DNA from: a bacterium
GTDB lineage: Bacteria; Electryoneota; Electryoneia; Electryoneales; Electryoneaceae
Length of the DNA: 64,000 nt
NCBI GenBank assembly: GCA_963669175.1
Contig: OY769902.1
Coordinates: 288,001 to 352,000 of the forward strand
Direction: 5' to 3'
The position numbers and the translations under genes were made by a program. Each line of letters begins with the position of its first letter. Position 1 is the first letter of the stretch. The notes under the pieces are model-generated. The model was not told the DNA's origin and made no database searches. It saw only the letters and a list, made by a program, of their open reading frames with translations. Below, in pieces: positions 1 to 10,500 of the stretch.

Positions 1-281
1 AGCGCACGCATGGCGAAAAACGCTGTCACCAGCCATATGCCTATCCGGTAAGGGGCTTCAGGCAAGCCAAGCGTTATTACCTGCATCCGGCCCAGGACAA
101 CCAGGATTCCCACCAGCAATCCCGCTGCGACCAGGAAGCTGCGCCACCCTTTTACCGTAGCGGTTTTCTTGCCTTTAAATTCCGGGACAACTGCATTTGC
201 TCCCCATGTTCCCCCGATTCCCCAGTAGACATGCAGAATCATCAAAAGGAACATGATAGCCGATATGATCCACACAAGCAT
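1..281 (-). CDS. DUF3995-like membrane protein (3' end runs off the window)
   Basis: Manual translation MLVWIISAIMFLLMILHVYWGIGGTWG...WLVTAFFAMRA; LHxYWxxGGxWG motif; not in ORF track because truncated. Confidence 0.7.
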   Translation of the reverse strand, partial: MLVWIISAIMFLLMILHVYWGIGGTWGANAVVPEFKGKKTATVKGWRSFLVAAGLLVGILVVLGRMQVITLGLPEAPYRIGIWLVTAFFAMRA

Positions 282-442
282 GGCATCCTCGCAATTACTG
301 TTCTGTGAAGGAAATATATAGAATAGACGCTTCTGAACCCAACAATCTTTTTGTCACTTTGAAGGTGGAAACGTGAGCAGGTGCTTGCTTGTCTTGCCCA
401 TGGAATGTACTTTCACAGGCAGACAACAACTTGGGAGGAAGT

Positions 443-661
443 ATGTGGATCGTTGACCTGGACAAGAAAGTAGTGCACGATATGGGCCGTCCCCAGTATG
501 AGTGTCAGATTACAAAGATCCCGAAGGATCGCCGCAAGAAAATACATACCAAGGACGGTATGGAGCGTTTCCTCGAGGACCGGTTGAACAAAGAATACCA
601 TGCGTGTCAGTATTGCATGCCGGACTATTTCACCTTTGACATGAGCAGCATTTTTAAATGA
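443..661 (+). CDS. small hypothetical protein with H..C..CxxC putative metal-binding motif
   Basis: GGAGGA RBS before ATG 443; HDMGRPQYEC...CQYC; stop overlaps next ATG (ATGA). Confidence 0.6.
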   Translation: MWIVDLDKKVVHDMGRPQYECQITKIPKDRRKKIHTKDGMERFLEDRLNKEYHACQYCMPDYFTFDMSSIFK

Positions 662-1635
662 AAAAACCTGTCAGAAAAACCAGCAAGTGGCGTGACGCTT
701 TCTACCATGCAGTGCATGACCGTGATCATGGCGCGACTATTGTTACGATCACGGCTGCTGATGCGTTGAGTCGCAGCCTGTTGGAAGAAACACCTTCACG
801 TCAGCAGTTGCAGGAAGCGCTATTGGATCTGGCGGCAGGACAGGTTGCCATGGCCCCGGTACTGCGTTTTTGCAGCGAAGTCTGGTACACTCTGCAGGAA
901 AAAGGTGTCGCACAGGCGATTAACCACGCCAAACTGTGGCGCAATGATATTGAAGCAGCACAAAAGCAGTTTCTGTTAAAATTGCAACAACAGGCTCCTG
1001 AGGTTGGTTCGGGCAAGTCCTGGGCATTTTTCTCGCGTAGCTCCAATGTCATGGAAGGCCTTGGCACACTGATGCGTAATGGGTATGTTATCGGTGACGC
1101 GATCGTAGGCATTTCCCATCCCGGCGGCGAGGGTCTCAAAACAGCCCTTACCCTGAAACAATGCCGATGGCCGGTGACGCTGGTTCCAGATGCCCACCTT
1201 GCAGACCTGATCCTTCAGGGCCATGTTGAACGTCTGATTCTTGGGTGTGACGCCCTGGATTCAACCCGGTTTGTGAACAAGATTGGATCCGGGGCGTTGG
1301 CCGCCCTGGCGCATCAGGTCGGCGCCGAAGTTGAATTATGGACTACCGGACATAAAATGTTGCCTGGACATGGCGTGAACTGGCTTGACCTTGGCAGACA
1401 CCATGCGAGGAACCTCGATCCTGAACTGGAAAAGGTTCACCTGGAACAACCCCTGTTCGGATATGGCTACCTGGAACACGTCACCTGGGTACGTACGGAA
1501 ATGGGCCTGCTGGGACCGGCCGCAGTACAGGACCAGATCAGAGATTTACCCACGCTTCCGGAAGAGCTTCTGGCCGCACGTGACCGTACCAGGCGTATCA
1601 AACTTGATGGAATGACTGCGTTTACAGGCGCATGA
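658..1635 (+). CDS. eIF-2B alpha/beta/delta (IF-2B) family protein, sugar-phosphate isomerase-like
   Basis: DRDHGA N-terminal motif, ILGCDA and NKIGS motifs. Confidence 0.75.
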   Translation: MKKPVRKTSKWRDAFYHAVHDRDHGATIVTITAADALSRSLLEETPSRQQLQEALLDLAAGQVAMAPVLRFCSEVWYTLQEKGVAQAINHAKLWRNDIEAAQKQFLLKLQQQAPEVGSGKSWAFFSRSSNVMEGLGTLMRNGYVIGDAIVGISHPGGEGLKTALTLKQCRWPVTLVPDAHLADLILQGHVERLILGCDALDSTRFVNKIGSGALAALAHQVGAEVELWTTGHKMLPGHGVNWLDLGRHHARNLDPELEKVHLEQPLFGYGYLEHVTWVRTEMGLLGPAAVQDQIRDLPTLPEELLAARDRTRRIKLDGMTAFTGA

Positions 1636-2771
1636 GGAAAAGGAACAACCCTGACATGCCCCAATCCAACCATAAACCCTTGAAGATTCTCTACATCTCT
1701 CCCCAGCATGTATCCGGCACATTGTCGCTCTGGCAACAGGAACACAGACGACGGGGGAATGAATGCAGGTATATCACGCTTTTTCCCAGTGCGCTCGGTT
1801 TCGAGGAAGATATTTCCCTTAATTTACCCCTCTATCCCGACAAGAAATGGGTAGTAAAGGTCCGAAAAAAGCTTCAGCGATTGTCTCGCGGCAAACTGGC
1901 CGATGATACTCCCATCCTGGAAAAACCTCCCTATCGACGGTATGACACTTTTGTTGAAAAGTTCTTCTTTCAGATGCGGGACAATCATACCGCGCCTATC
2001 GTAAGGCATGCTATCCGGCGATACGACCTGGATTCGTTTGACATTATCCATCTCGACCAGGGAGCCGGTTTCCTGCGTGATGCACGGTTTCTGAAACGCT
2101 GGAAATTGATGGGAAAACATATCGTAGCGTTCTACCACGGATCCGATATGAGAAACCGTGGTATTTTCAGCAAAGTGGATGAACTGTGCGATTTACGTCT
2201 CACATGTGAAGTTGATCTGCTTCATATGGACGACAGGCTGCAATACCTCTTCCTGCCATTTGATACATCACAGTGGCAACCGGTCCATCATCAGCCCGGA
2301 AAGAAACTCAAGATTGTCCATGCCGCCCGTGTCAGAGCTTTCAAGGGTACGGATCGTATTATCGAGATCGTCAAACGTCTGGAAACAAAATATCCTGTTG
2401 AGCTGGTTCTCCTGGAAAACGTGCCCCATGAACAAGCCTTGAAAATCAAAGCCGAATGCGACATCGCCGTTGATCAGATTGCGGACACCGGTGGGTGGGG
2501 ATACGGGATGAGTAGCGTAGAATACCTCAGCATGGGCATACCCACATGTACCAGCATGGTAAAAGAGATGGTCGAGTTTATGCCTGATCATCCCTTTATC
2601 GCTGTAACAGGCGAAACCCTTGAACGTGAATTAATTAAACTCATAGAGAATCCTGTATTACGCGAAAAAACAGGCCAGAAAGGTAGAGAATGGGTCGTTC
2701 AACATCATGATATCAAATCTGTCGCAGATGCTCTCTATGCCTATTATAGAAAAAATAACTTTATTGAATAA
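1632..2771 (+). CDS. GT-B fold glycosyltransferase (GT4-like)
   Basis: YHGSD, KGTDRI, YGMSSVEYLSMGIP motifs; ATGA coupling to upstream gene. Confidence 0.8.
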   Translation: MRKRNNPDMPQSNHKPLKILYISPQHVSGTLSLWQQEHRRRGNECRYITLFPSALGFEEDISLNLPLYPDKKWVVKVRKKLQRLSRGKLADDTPILEKPPYRRYDTFVEKFFFQMRDNHTAPIVRHAIRRYDLDSFDIIHLDQGAGFLRDARFLKRWKLMGKHIVAFYHGSDMRNRGIFSKVDELCDLRLTCEVDLLHMDDRLQYLFLPFDTSQWQPVHHQPGKKLKIVHAARVRAFKGTDRIIEIVKRLETKYPVELVLLENVPHEQALKIKAECDIAVDQIADTGGWGYGMSSVEYLSMGIPTCTSMVKEMVEFMPDHPFIAVTGETLERELIKLIENPVLREKTGQKGREWVVQHHDIKSVADALYAYYRKNNFIE

Positions 2772-3266
2772 GCGCATCGCCCAGCACATGTACAAGTAGA
2801 GCAAAATCATATCGCGCAAGACCTGCTACAACACTATCTCTGTGTACAACTTCTTGTGAGGAACCATATATATGAAGATGATTCTTTCGTCTCACCGTAA
2901 CACAGCAAGTATTCACTCCTGATTGACTCCCACGTCGTGAAGTATTGAAGTTGCCATAGTCTCAGGGAAGAATCCTGGAGATATTTGTTTGATTTTCAAA
3001 TATTTTTCAATGAATTACGGTTTACTTTGCATAACCACATTTATACATTCAGGTTACAGTAACAGCGAAAGTGACGGAAGATTTCAGGGCTGGTCAGACA
3101 TTGCGAAAATGCGCAAGCCACTTTGACATGGCTCCTTTCATCTTTGGTCTGAACTGAACTATACCTTCCCCTGGTAGAAACAATTTAAACAGGACACAAA
3201 GAAGTGTTCACTATAAAAGGCGGCATAGCGGAGATGCCGTAACACCTGCAAAGAGGAGGACTGAAG

Positions 3267-3641
3267 ATGGCTACTTTCTATTTCATCCCGAAAGACCTTA
3301 GCGCCATGGAGGCCCTGGGAGGTGAGACGAGCGCTGATGAATGGTATGAATCACGCTCAGGAAATCCAAGCGTCATCCAGGGGTGTGGAAAAGGCAATGC
3401 CGTTACGATCAGCTTTGCGACAAGTGGCACCTTGACCGATCCAGTCTTTGGCGCAGATATTGGTCTTGGAGTCAACGCGACCAATTTTAGCGCATCCCTG
3501 TTACTGGCCGGCATTAATGCTGGTTTCATGAAGGACGACAATCATGTCATTCTTGTGAAGGTGACAGGATCTGGAACAGAGAATTTTTACGCATCTATTA
3601 ACAACAACAACCTGAATTTTTGGCCACCGGCTACCGTGTAA
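3267..3641 (+). CDS. hypothetical protein
   Basis: Strong GAGGAGG RBS, 124 aa ORF, followed by terminator. Confidence 0.7.
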   Translation: MATFYFIPKDLSAMEALGGETSADEWYESRSGNPSVIQGCGKGNAVTISFATSGTLTDPVFGADIGLGVNATNFSASLLLAGINAGFMKDDNHVILVKVTGSGTENFYASINNNNLNFWPPATV

Positions 3642-3665
3642 GATTTTTCCTGGACAGGATTCAAC

Positions 3666-3694
3666 GCTCCACCAACATGGTGGAGCTTTTTTTT
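3666..3694 (+). terminator. rho-independent terminator
   Basis: GCTCCACCA-aca-TGGTGGAGC followed by T8. Confidence 0.8.
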
Positions 3695-3711
3695 CCCGAG
3701 TCTTCAGCCTT

Positions 3712-4186
3712 TAACCCGAATATTTCATGAACGAAACATGGATAATCATCTTAACACAGTTCATATCAGCACAATACAACTGATTCATACAGCATTTTCA
3801 GGGTACAGTTTGGTCCGGTAGTCCTTTGCGTGTTTATTCCCTGTTTCGCTGGCAAAATGAGGCTGAGTATCGGCAACCGCCCCGGCAGGGGCAACCTGTA
3901 TTAGCCCAGGGCTGCCGCCGTCAGTTTGGCGGCTACCCTGGGAGATAAGGCGCACCCTATATTTACTCCGGAAGGAGTAACCTGATAATAATCACAAGTA
4001 TACGGCGATAATATCTAGGCAACCCGCTGCCGGGGTTGGCAAGTAGCGTACATCCTATTCCCACCGTGAGCGCCAAACAGACGGCGCTGGACGGTGGGCT
4101 AATACAGAGAACCACTGCCGTGGTTCTTGTACTGGCCGTTCCATCAAGTATCACATTGAAATTGCATTGGTGAAATATTCGGGCTA
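3712..4186. mobile_element. MITE-like non-coding element A, copy 1
   Basis: 16-bp terminal IR TAACCCGAATATTTCA / TGAAATATTCGGGCTA; near-identical copy at 47241-47717. Confidence 0.8.
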
Positions 4187-4216
4187 AAAAAACCGGCCCT
4201 GCAATGCAGGGCCGGT
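4186..4216 (-). terminator. rho-independent terminator of the minus-strand operon
   Basis: ACCGGCCCTGCA/TGCAGGGCCGGT stem with T-run on minus strand. Confidence 0.8.
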
Positions 4217-4248
4217 CTCGTTCGCGTCTTTTTCTCCGGCTGGCTCCG

Positions 4249-6306
4249 TTACTTCAGGAGAATCATCCGGTTCGTCTGGGTAAAGCTTCCGGCTTCCAGG
4301 CGATAGAAATACACACCACTCGCCAGATCGGTCGCATCAAAGGTCACTGCATGCTGACCCTGGGTATGTCCCTGGAACAGGGTGGCAACTTCACGGCCTT
4401 CAACATTGAAGACCTTCAGCGTGACCATCTCGTTGTTCGGAACAGTGAAGCTGATCTGGGTTGAGGGGTTGAACGGGTTCGGGAAGTTCTGGCTCAGGGA
4501 ATAGTCGGTCGGTGTTGCCACGGCGCCATCTTCCTGGACACCTGTGTCAAATCCGTACCATTCCATGAGATTGTCCATCAGGGTTTCGAACTGTTCGTTG
4601 CCCCTGTAGTAGGTATACCAGGTTGTGTCTTCAAGAACTGAATCCAGTTCCACGGCCCAGTAGAAGTCGAAGAGGAAGCAGGCGGTTTTGTTGTCACCAT
4701 CTTTGTAGACAGCGGCAACATCACCGATGTTTTCACCTTCGAAGAAGCCTGTCGCTCCACCGGCCGGTGTGGCAAAGTCGGTCCAGAGACCGTCCAGGTT
4801 GCCATCAATTTCTGTCGGGAGCATGGCATACGGTGTGTTTACGAAATCACCGGAAAGCGCATCGCCGTCAATGCCGTAGAACGCAGAGTCTGTCGGAGAC
4901 GGGTCGTTGACACCTTCAGAAATGCCGAAGATGTCATAAGCAAAGTCGCCAGCGGAGAAGGTTGGTGCATCTTCTTCACCGTTGGTGTAGAAGTAGTCCT
5001 GGTCGCAATACAGCAGGTTGTTTCCGGCAGTTTCCAGCCATGCTGAATACGGATCATCGCCATAATCGCGAGTCGGGACAGTGGTTGTGCCCCAGCCACC
5101 TACGATGACCAGATCCCAGCTACCACCCTCGACGGTATAGGAATCAAGACCCTTGTTGGCTGCAACATCCCACCACTCATAGCTGATCAGCCAGCGTTCT
5201 TCGAGGTAGGTGTAGAGTACATCCGGATCATCCAGACCATCATCAATCACGAGTACACCGGCATTGGGCATGCCAAGTTCAACGATTTCGAAGTTAAGTT
5301 GGTCATCAACATTGCTGTTGAAGCCAGCTTCGTCGTCTGTTGCTTCGATCCAATACTGAACGACATCACCAACGCCGACACCGAGGTCGCCCAGACTGAA
5401 GGACGCCTGGAAAATCTCATCGCCATTGTCATCTGTCATGGCGATAGTTGTCGGATCACCACCATTAACCGTAACCTTCAGGTCGGCAGTGTCAGTTGTC
5501 CAGCCATTGTCATCCACAATGTCGCACTCGACCATACAGGTCTTGTCGGTGCTGATGGTATTCGGCAACTGGTTCATGCTGCCGATGATTGGCGGGGCGC
5601 CGTTCGGATAGGAGACCTGCGCACGGATCATCAGGTCGACAATCGTACCACTGAAGTCACTGGAATAGGATCCCCAGTAATTGTCGTAGTCTTCCATCCA
5701 GGGACCGCCGAACCAAGTGTAGGTGAATCCACGGGCAGAGACATCGTCCGCCAGGGGCTGGGGCAAACCATCATCCTGAGTCTTTACCCAACCGATACCG
5801 AACATGGAGTTGTCTTCACGCCAGATACCGCCACCAGGCAGATCGTCGGGACCAAACAGGTTTTCCCAGTCGCCACTACCTTCAGCCGTGTTGTTGTACG
5901 GTCCAAAGATGACAGCGCCAAGCGGTGATTCTGTTGACGTACCACGTGGCACTGCGCGACCATTGGCGCTTACGTTTTCTTCACATGCGTCGTTGTATTC
6001 CCACATGAAAGCGCGGTAGGAACCGCCGCTGTACCACTGCTGCTGGCCGAAATACACGGAGCAGGCTGCCAGGGGTTGGAATACAACAAGCATTGTGTCA
6101 TCCTGGCTGCCGGAGCCCAGGTAATATTCCGCATCGCTGGTATACCGGCGAAGAACGAACAGGTCATCCAGTTCATTCAGCTCACCGATGACCGGACCAC
6201 GATGAGTCGGGACTTTTACCGGTTCCAGCGGAACCAGCTCTGAGGCGAAGCTCATCCCCACCATCAGGCTTAATGCGAAGAACACAATCACTGCTTTTCG
6301 GAACAT
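4249..6306 (-). CDS. secreted acidic protein with T9SS-type C-terminal sorting domain
   Basis: Signal peptide; QNFPNPFNP...SGVYFYRL...MILLK C-terminus. Confidence 0.85.
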   Translation of the reverse strand: MFRKAVIVFFALSLMVGMSFASELVPLEPVKVPTHRGPVIGELNELDDLFVLRRYTSDAEYYLGSGSQDDTMLVVFQPLAACSVYFGQQQWYSGGSYRAFMWEYNDACEENVSANGRAVPRGTSTESPLGAVIFGPYNNTAEGSGDWENLFGPDDLPGGGIWREDNSMFGIGWVKTQDDGLPQPLADDVSARGFTYTWFGGPWMEDYDNYWGSYSSDFSGTIVDLMIRAQVSYPNGAPPIIGSMNQLPNTISTDKTCMVECDIVDDNGWTTDTADLKVTVNGGDPTTIAMTDDNGDEIFQASFSLGDLGVGVGDVVQYWIEATDDEAGFNSNVDDQLNFEIVELGMPNAGVLVIDDGLDDPDVLYTYLEERWLISYEWWDVAANKGLDSYTVEGGSWDLVIVGGWGTTTVPTRDYGDDPYSAWLETAGNNLLYCDQDYFYTNGEEDAPTFSAGDFAYDIFGISEGVNDPSPTDSAFYGIDGDALSGDFVNTPYAMLPTEIDGNLDGLWTDFATPAGGATGFFEGENIGDVAAVYKDGDNKTACFLFDFYWAVELDSVLEDTTWYTYYRGNEQFETLMDNLMEWYGFDTGVQEDGAVATPTDYSLSQNFPNPFNPSTQISFTVPNNEMVTLKVFNVEGREVATLFQGHTQGQHAVTFDATDLASGVYFYRLEAGSFTQTNRMILLK

Positions 6307-6374
6307 ACTTCCTCCTTTGTTGTTACCCTAACAGGGTTACGTACTGCACTACTTTGGAACTCCCACCCTTCTTC

Positions 6375-6641
6375 TAGTGAACCAAACTACATGAATCGAT
6401 GAGTACTGAGCACAGCATCATCGTTCAGGACAAGGCGCATTTCTAAAGTCATAGCGGGTTATTTCAAAGAAATGAACGAAGTCATGAATCATGAGGCGCG
6501 CTCCCTTCGGGCTTTTCACGTGACGGCTGTCTGCTGCGTTGATTTCATTTGCAGTAACCCGCTACACCTGCATGAAATCGTCTTGCAGCCAACTCGCCCT
6601 TGAAAAGCAGAACACCTCGATTCATGGAGTTCTGTTCACTA
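6375..6641. repeat. structured non-coding element B, copy 1
   Basis: ~25-bp terminal IR, internal inverted doublet; homolog at 41267-41534. Confidence 0.8.
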
Positions 6642-6643
6642 TG

Positions 6644-7549
6644 TTATAATCCCTCTATTGCGTCTCTTAACTCGATCAGGAACGCGCCGAAATTGGTCGC
6701 GTACATGTACTCAATGGTAAACTGTTGTCCCTGGGTTGGAATGGGCGCACAACGGAAAGAGATCTCGTTGTCACCCGGGACGAAATCCATGATCTCACAC
6801 TCTTCACCGGTTGTTGTCGAAACAGAAACAGGATAGACGAGGTTGGTGTTGGTTGAATGAAGGGTGGCAACACCGGTTAACCAGGTTTCTTCCTCAAGCA
6901 CAACCTCAACTGTATCCAGGTCTGTCTGGAGTGTGGTAGATCCCGAGATAAAGGAACCGGTGATCTCATCTACGATGAACATGGCAGAAGAGAACAGGTC
7001 GTCTGCATAATACGCTTCCGCCATGACCACCTTGATCTGCATGGCGTTATAGGTGCCTACCCAGCGATGGTTAAACGAAGGATCGTATTCAAGGCAGGTT
7101 TGCGCGTACAGGACTGCGTTTTCGTAGTCACCGGTAGCCAGTTCAGTAGCCGCCATCCCGGCATAGGCTTCCGCACACAGCGTAACCGAATCGCTGGCCG
7201 TTATCAGCAGCTCTTCCACCATAACGGTGCTGAGATTGATCACGTTGCTCAGGTTGTTGTAGGCATTGACCAGTTCGTTCTGCTGTGTGAAGGCGTATCC
7301 CATACCGAGATAGGCTTCCAGGTTCTTCGCATCTGCGTTGGCAGCTTCCGAGAAAATGCTGATCGCATCTTCGAAATCACCCGAGTTATACGAAGACCAC
7401 CCTTCGGATATCAGCCCGTCTACGGTTACCGGCGGACCTTCAGGGATATCATCGCTCTCATTGTCACAGCCAGTGAATGCAAGCAGTAAAACCAGCATGA
7501 TTAATACTGCCATCACCCGAATTGTTGTGTCTGGAATATGTCGCATCAT
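6644..7549 (-). CDS. TPR-containing lipoprotein
   Basis: Lipobox LAFTGC; TPR-like helices (AYLGMGYAF, AYAGMA). Confidence 0.75.
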   Translation of the reverse strand: MMRHIPDTTIRVMAVLIMLVLLLAFTGCDNESDDIPEGPPVTVDGLISEGWSSYNSGDFEDAISIFSEAANADAKNLEAYLGMGYAFTQQNELVNAYNNLSNVINLSTVMVEELLITASDSVTLCAEAYAGMAATELATGDYENAVLYAQTCLEYDPSFNHRWVGTYNAMQIKVVMAEAYYADDLFSSAMFIVDEITGSFISGSTTLQTDLDTVEVVLEEETWLTGVATLHSTNTNLVYPVSVSTTTGEECEIMDFVPGDNEISFRCAPIPTQGQQFTIEYMYATNFGAFLIELRDAIEGL

Positions 7550-7563
7550 CTCCTCCAGTCCGT

Positions 7564-10500
7564 TTACTTCACCAGAACCATTTTCTTGACATCCTGGAAG
7601 CTGCCGGCATTCATCCGAACGAAATAGACTCCGGAAGAAAGCGGCGCTCCCTGCTCACTACGGCCATCCCAGAACACCCGGTGTGAACCGAAGCGCATGG
7701 GTTGATCCACCAGTGTAGCTACCTGGCGACCGAGCACATCATAGATGGTCAGGTTTACCTGGCCGGTGTGCGGTACCTGGAAGCCAATGGTCGTGGTGGG
7801 GTTAAACGGGTTGGGATAGTTTTGTTGCAACGCGTACTCTGTCGGAACCAGAAGGTCAGCCGGTGTGTCGCCAGGCGAACCGGCCATCACCTTGAAGGTT
7901 CCCAGTTTGCTGACCGGGACCGAGATCGTACCATGATCCCTGTCGATAGCGCCACCGACATATACCCACTCGTCATGGTAGAGCATGTATACGCCGACAG
8001 GCTGGGTTCCTGCCGTTTCAACATCGTATTGAATGGTCAACCAGGCCGGATCATGAAGTTCTGCATCATCCGCATCAATACGGAAGGTTTTGCTGACTGT
8101 TGTCCGCTGTTCGTCAAGGGGAAGTGTGCCGATCTTGGCAACCAGTGGCTCCGGGACTTCATCATCAAGCGTGATCACACTTGCCCAGACATTATGGTCA
8201 AATGCGGCAGCCGTTGTTCCGAGCTGAAGATGATCGCCCAGTTCGAGCCGTCCCGGCGCTCCGGACGGGAGCAGGTTCATGCCAACTTCAACAACCGGGG
8301 TGGAAATTGCTTCTCCATTGGACAGGTAGCCATCCACATGCCAGTACATTGTACTCTGTTCTGACATCCAGCCACTGGTTTTGTAAACCACGAACTTCAC
8401 AGAATCCGTAGAGGTCAGGTAGCTGACGGATGTAAAATTCTCGGCTTCACTGAAGATGGCCAGCGTGTCGCCACCATCCTCTTCACTGGTGGCATAGACG
8501 AACGGCACTTCCACACCGTTGGCGTCATAGATACGACGACCGGATACGACGTAGAAATCAAGTTTCAGGTCTGCAACGGGATTCTGCGCAACAAACAACC
8601 GGGCATATGCAGTGTTCCCCGTTTCGTTCGTCACCATGAAATCGCCGCCGCCAGCCGCGATAAGAACCCATGTGGGGAAGTTGGTGCTGTCGGCATAATC
8701 AGGCCCGAAGATCCAACCATCACCCGGACTCATCGGCACAGCGCCGCACTTCTTTTCATCATCCCAGTTGTCGCCGCTGAAGTCCTGCACCTGGTACATG
8801 TCACCAAGCGAGGCGTCCAATGCTGAGGCATACAGGTTCACTTTGCGGAACCTGATCGTTCCTGCGTCCTCACCGGCAAAGACGGTAAGGTTGTCAGTAG
8901 CGCCATCAACCAGGATATTCGGATCGTATTCACCGTAGGCGCTGAAATAGTAGCTGAAGCCCCAGTCCGGGCAGTCAGCGCTGTATGGGGGACGATCCTT
9001 GGCGCTACTTGGCTTCCATTTGAATTGTGTACCAAGCACACCGCCGCCGGCATTGACGTTGGTCAAAGCGTAAATGCGATTATCATCACCATACGTGGTA
9101 TCCAGCAGGTTTGCAGTCGCATAGTCAAGGAAGATGTCAATCATTTCCTTGCCCTGCAGGTATGACGGCAAGCTGCTTTGATGATCTGCAATCACAGTGC
9201 CGATACCCTCCATGCCAATTCTGCGGGAGGTGGCAATAGCGCTGATCATGTCATCGCCGCCATACTTTTCCCACAGGTAGAGCATGAAGCTATAGCAGAA
9301 CATGGCGTCCGCACGGCTGTTCTGGTCCGAACCGATAAAGGTCAGAACATTGTTGCCCGCGAGACGCTTGGCTTCGCCCTGGCCATAGAAATTGGGCGGG
9401 CTGTCCACAATGAACTCTGAGACATAAGCAAGCCCGACCTGAATCCACTGCTCTTCAAACTGATCCACCTTGTAAATCAGGTAGTTGGTGAACAGGTTGG
9501 CTATAGCACGTAAACCCCGATTGGCCATCGTGGTGTCCGCCAACTGCCATTCGCTGTCGTTGTCATACCACTTATAAGCCATTTCGCCATGGATATAACT
9601 CTGCGGATAGCAGTCAAGGACAACCAGTTCAGCTTCGTTGCTATAATCGTCGTCACTCCCGGGCAAATCATCCGGACGGAAATACCCATGTTTCCAGAAC
9701 TGGGCTTTCGAGTCGTTCCGTCCATCCATGCCGAAGTCGTCGTATACGTCTGTCAACAGGAAGCTGACCTTTTCGGACAACACACTTTCGTTTCCGCCTG
9801 CCATGATGTTGATCAGCTTCTGGTAGGCGCCCATTGTGCTGTCTTTGGGGATTGCATCTTCAAAATAACTCACACAGGCTTCAACTTCAGCGACTTTCAA
9901 CGGCGCAGTGTCCATGCCGGACTGGTTATAAAGCCATGCCGTATTATCCTGCGAATCGAACCGTTCCACGTTGTTGAAGTAAGGAATGGCGCGCCACATG
10001 AAATTGTCAGCATACCAGTAGGCATGATCTGAAATGGCACGAATTGACGCTTGAATCTTCCTGGTATCGGTCGGGAAAGTTTCCCAGGCCTTTACCCAGA
10101 AATTGCGCCCGTATCCCAGCAGGATCTGAGCGGATACCGTATCAGCCGTCAGCGTATCGTTATCCAGAACATCGGAATAAGCCAGTGAACTGACTCCATC
10201 CCAGTTCATCAGGAAACCGGCTTCCATTTCAGCTTCAAACGGGAACTTCAGGTCGTCATCCAGGTTGTTCAGCGCTTCACGATCCGCGCTGGATACGTAA
10301 ACCCACAACCTGTCATCATCACCGGTTATCGCGCTATCCGGGGTTGACAACGTGATCCCGGCCAGGGTCAACTTGGCGAAATCGACCAGCTCTTCCTGGA
10401 GGGAAGTAGTCGCCTCAAGCACGAGCTTGCTGTCGTAAAAATCATACCAGACATAAAGCGGGATTGGAGGTGTTGGATCTGCTGTGTAAGTAATCGGTAG

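Noticed and set aside
3050-3140. c-di-GMP riboswitch
   Set aside because: GAAA and GCAAGCC fragments are present but the consensus order and stems do not fit
3963-4154. Duplicated 63-aa ORF (also 47493-47684)
   Set aside because: Falls within hairpin-rich element A with no RBS; likely spurious
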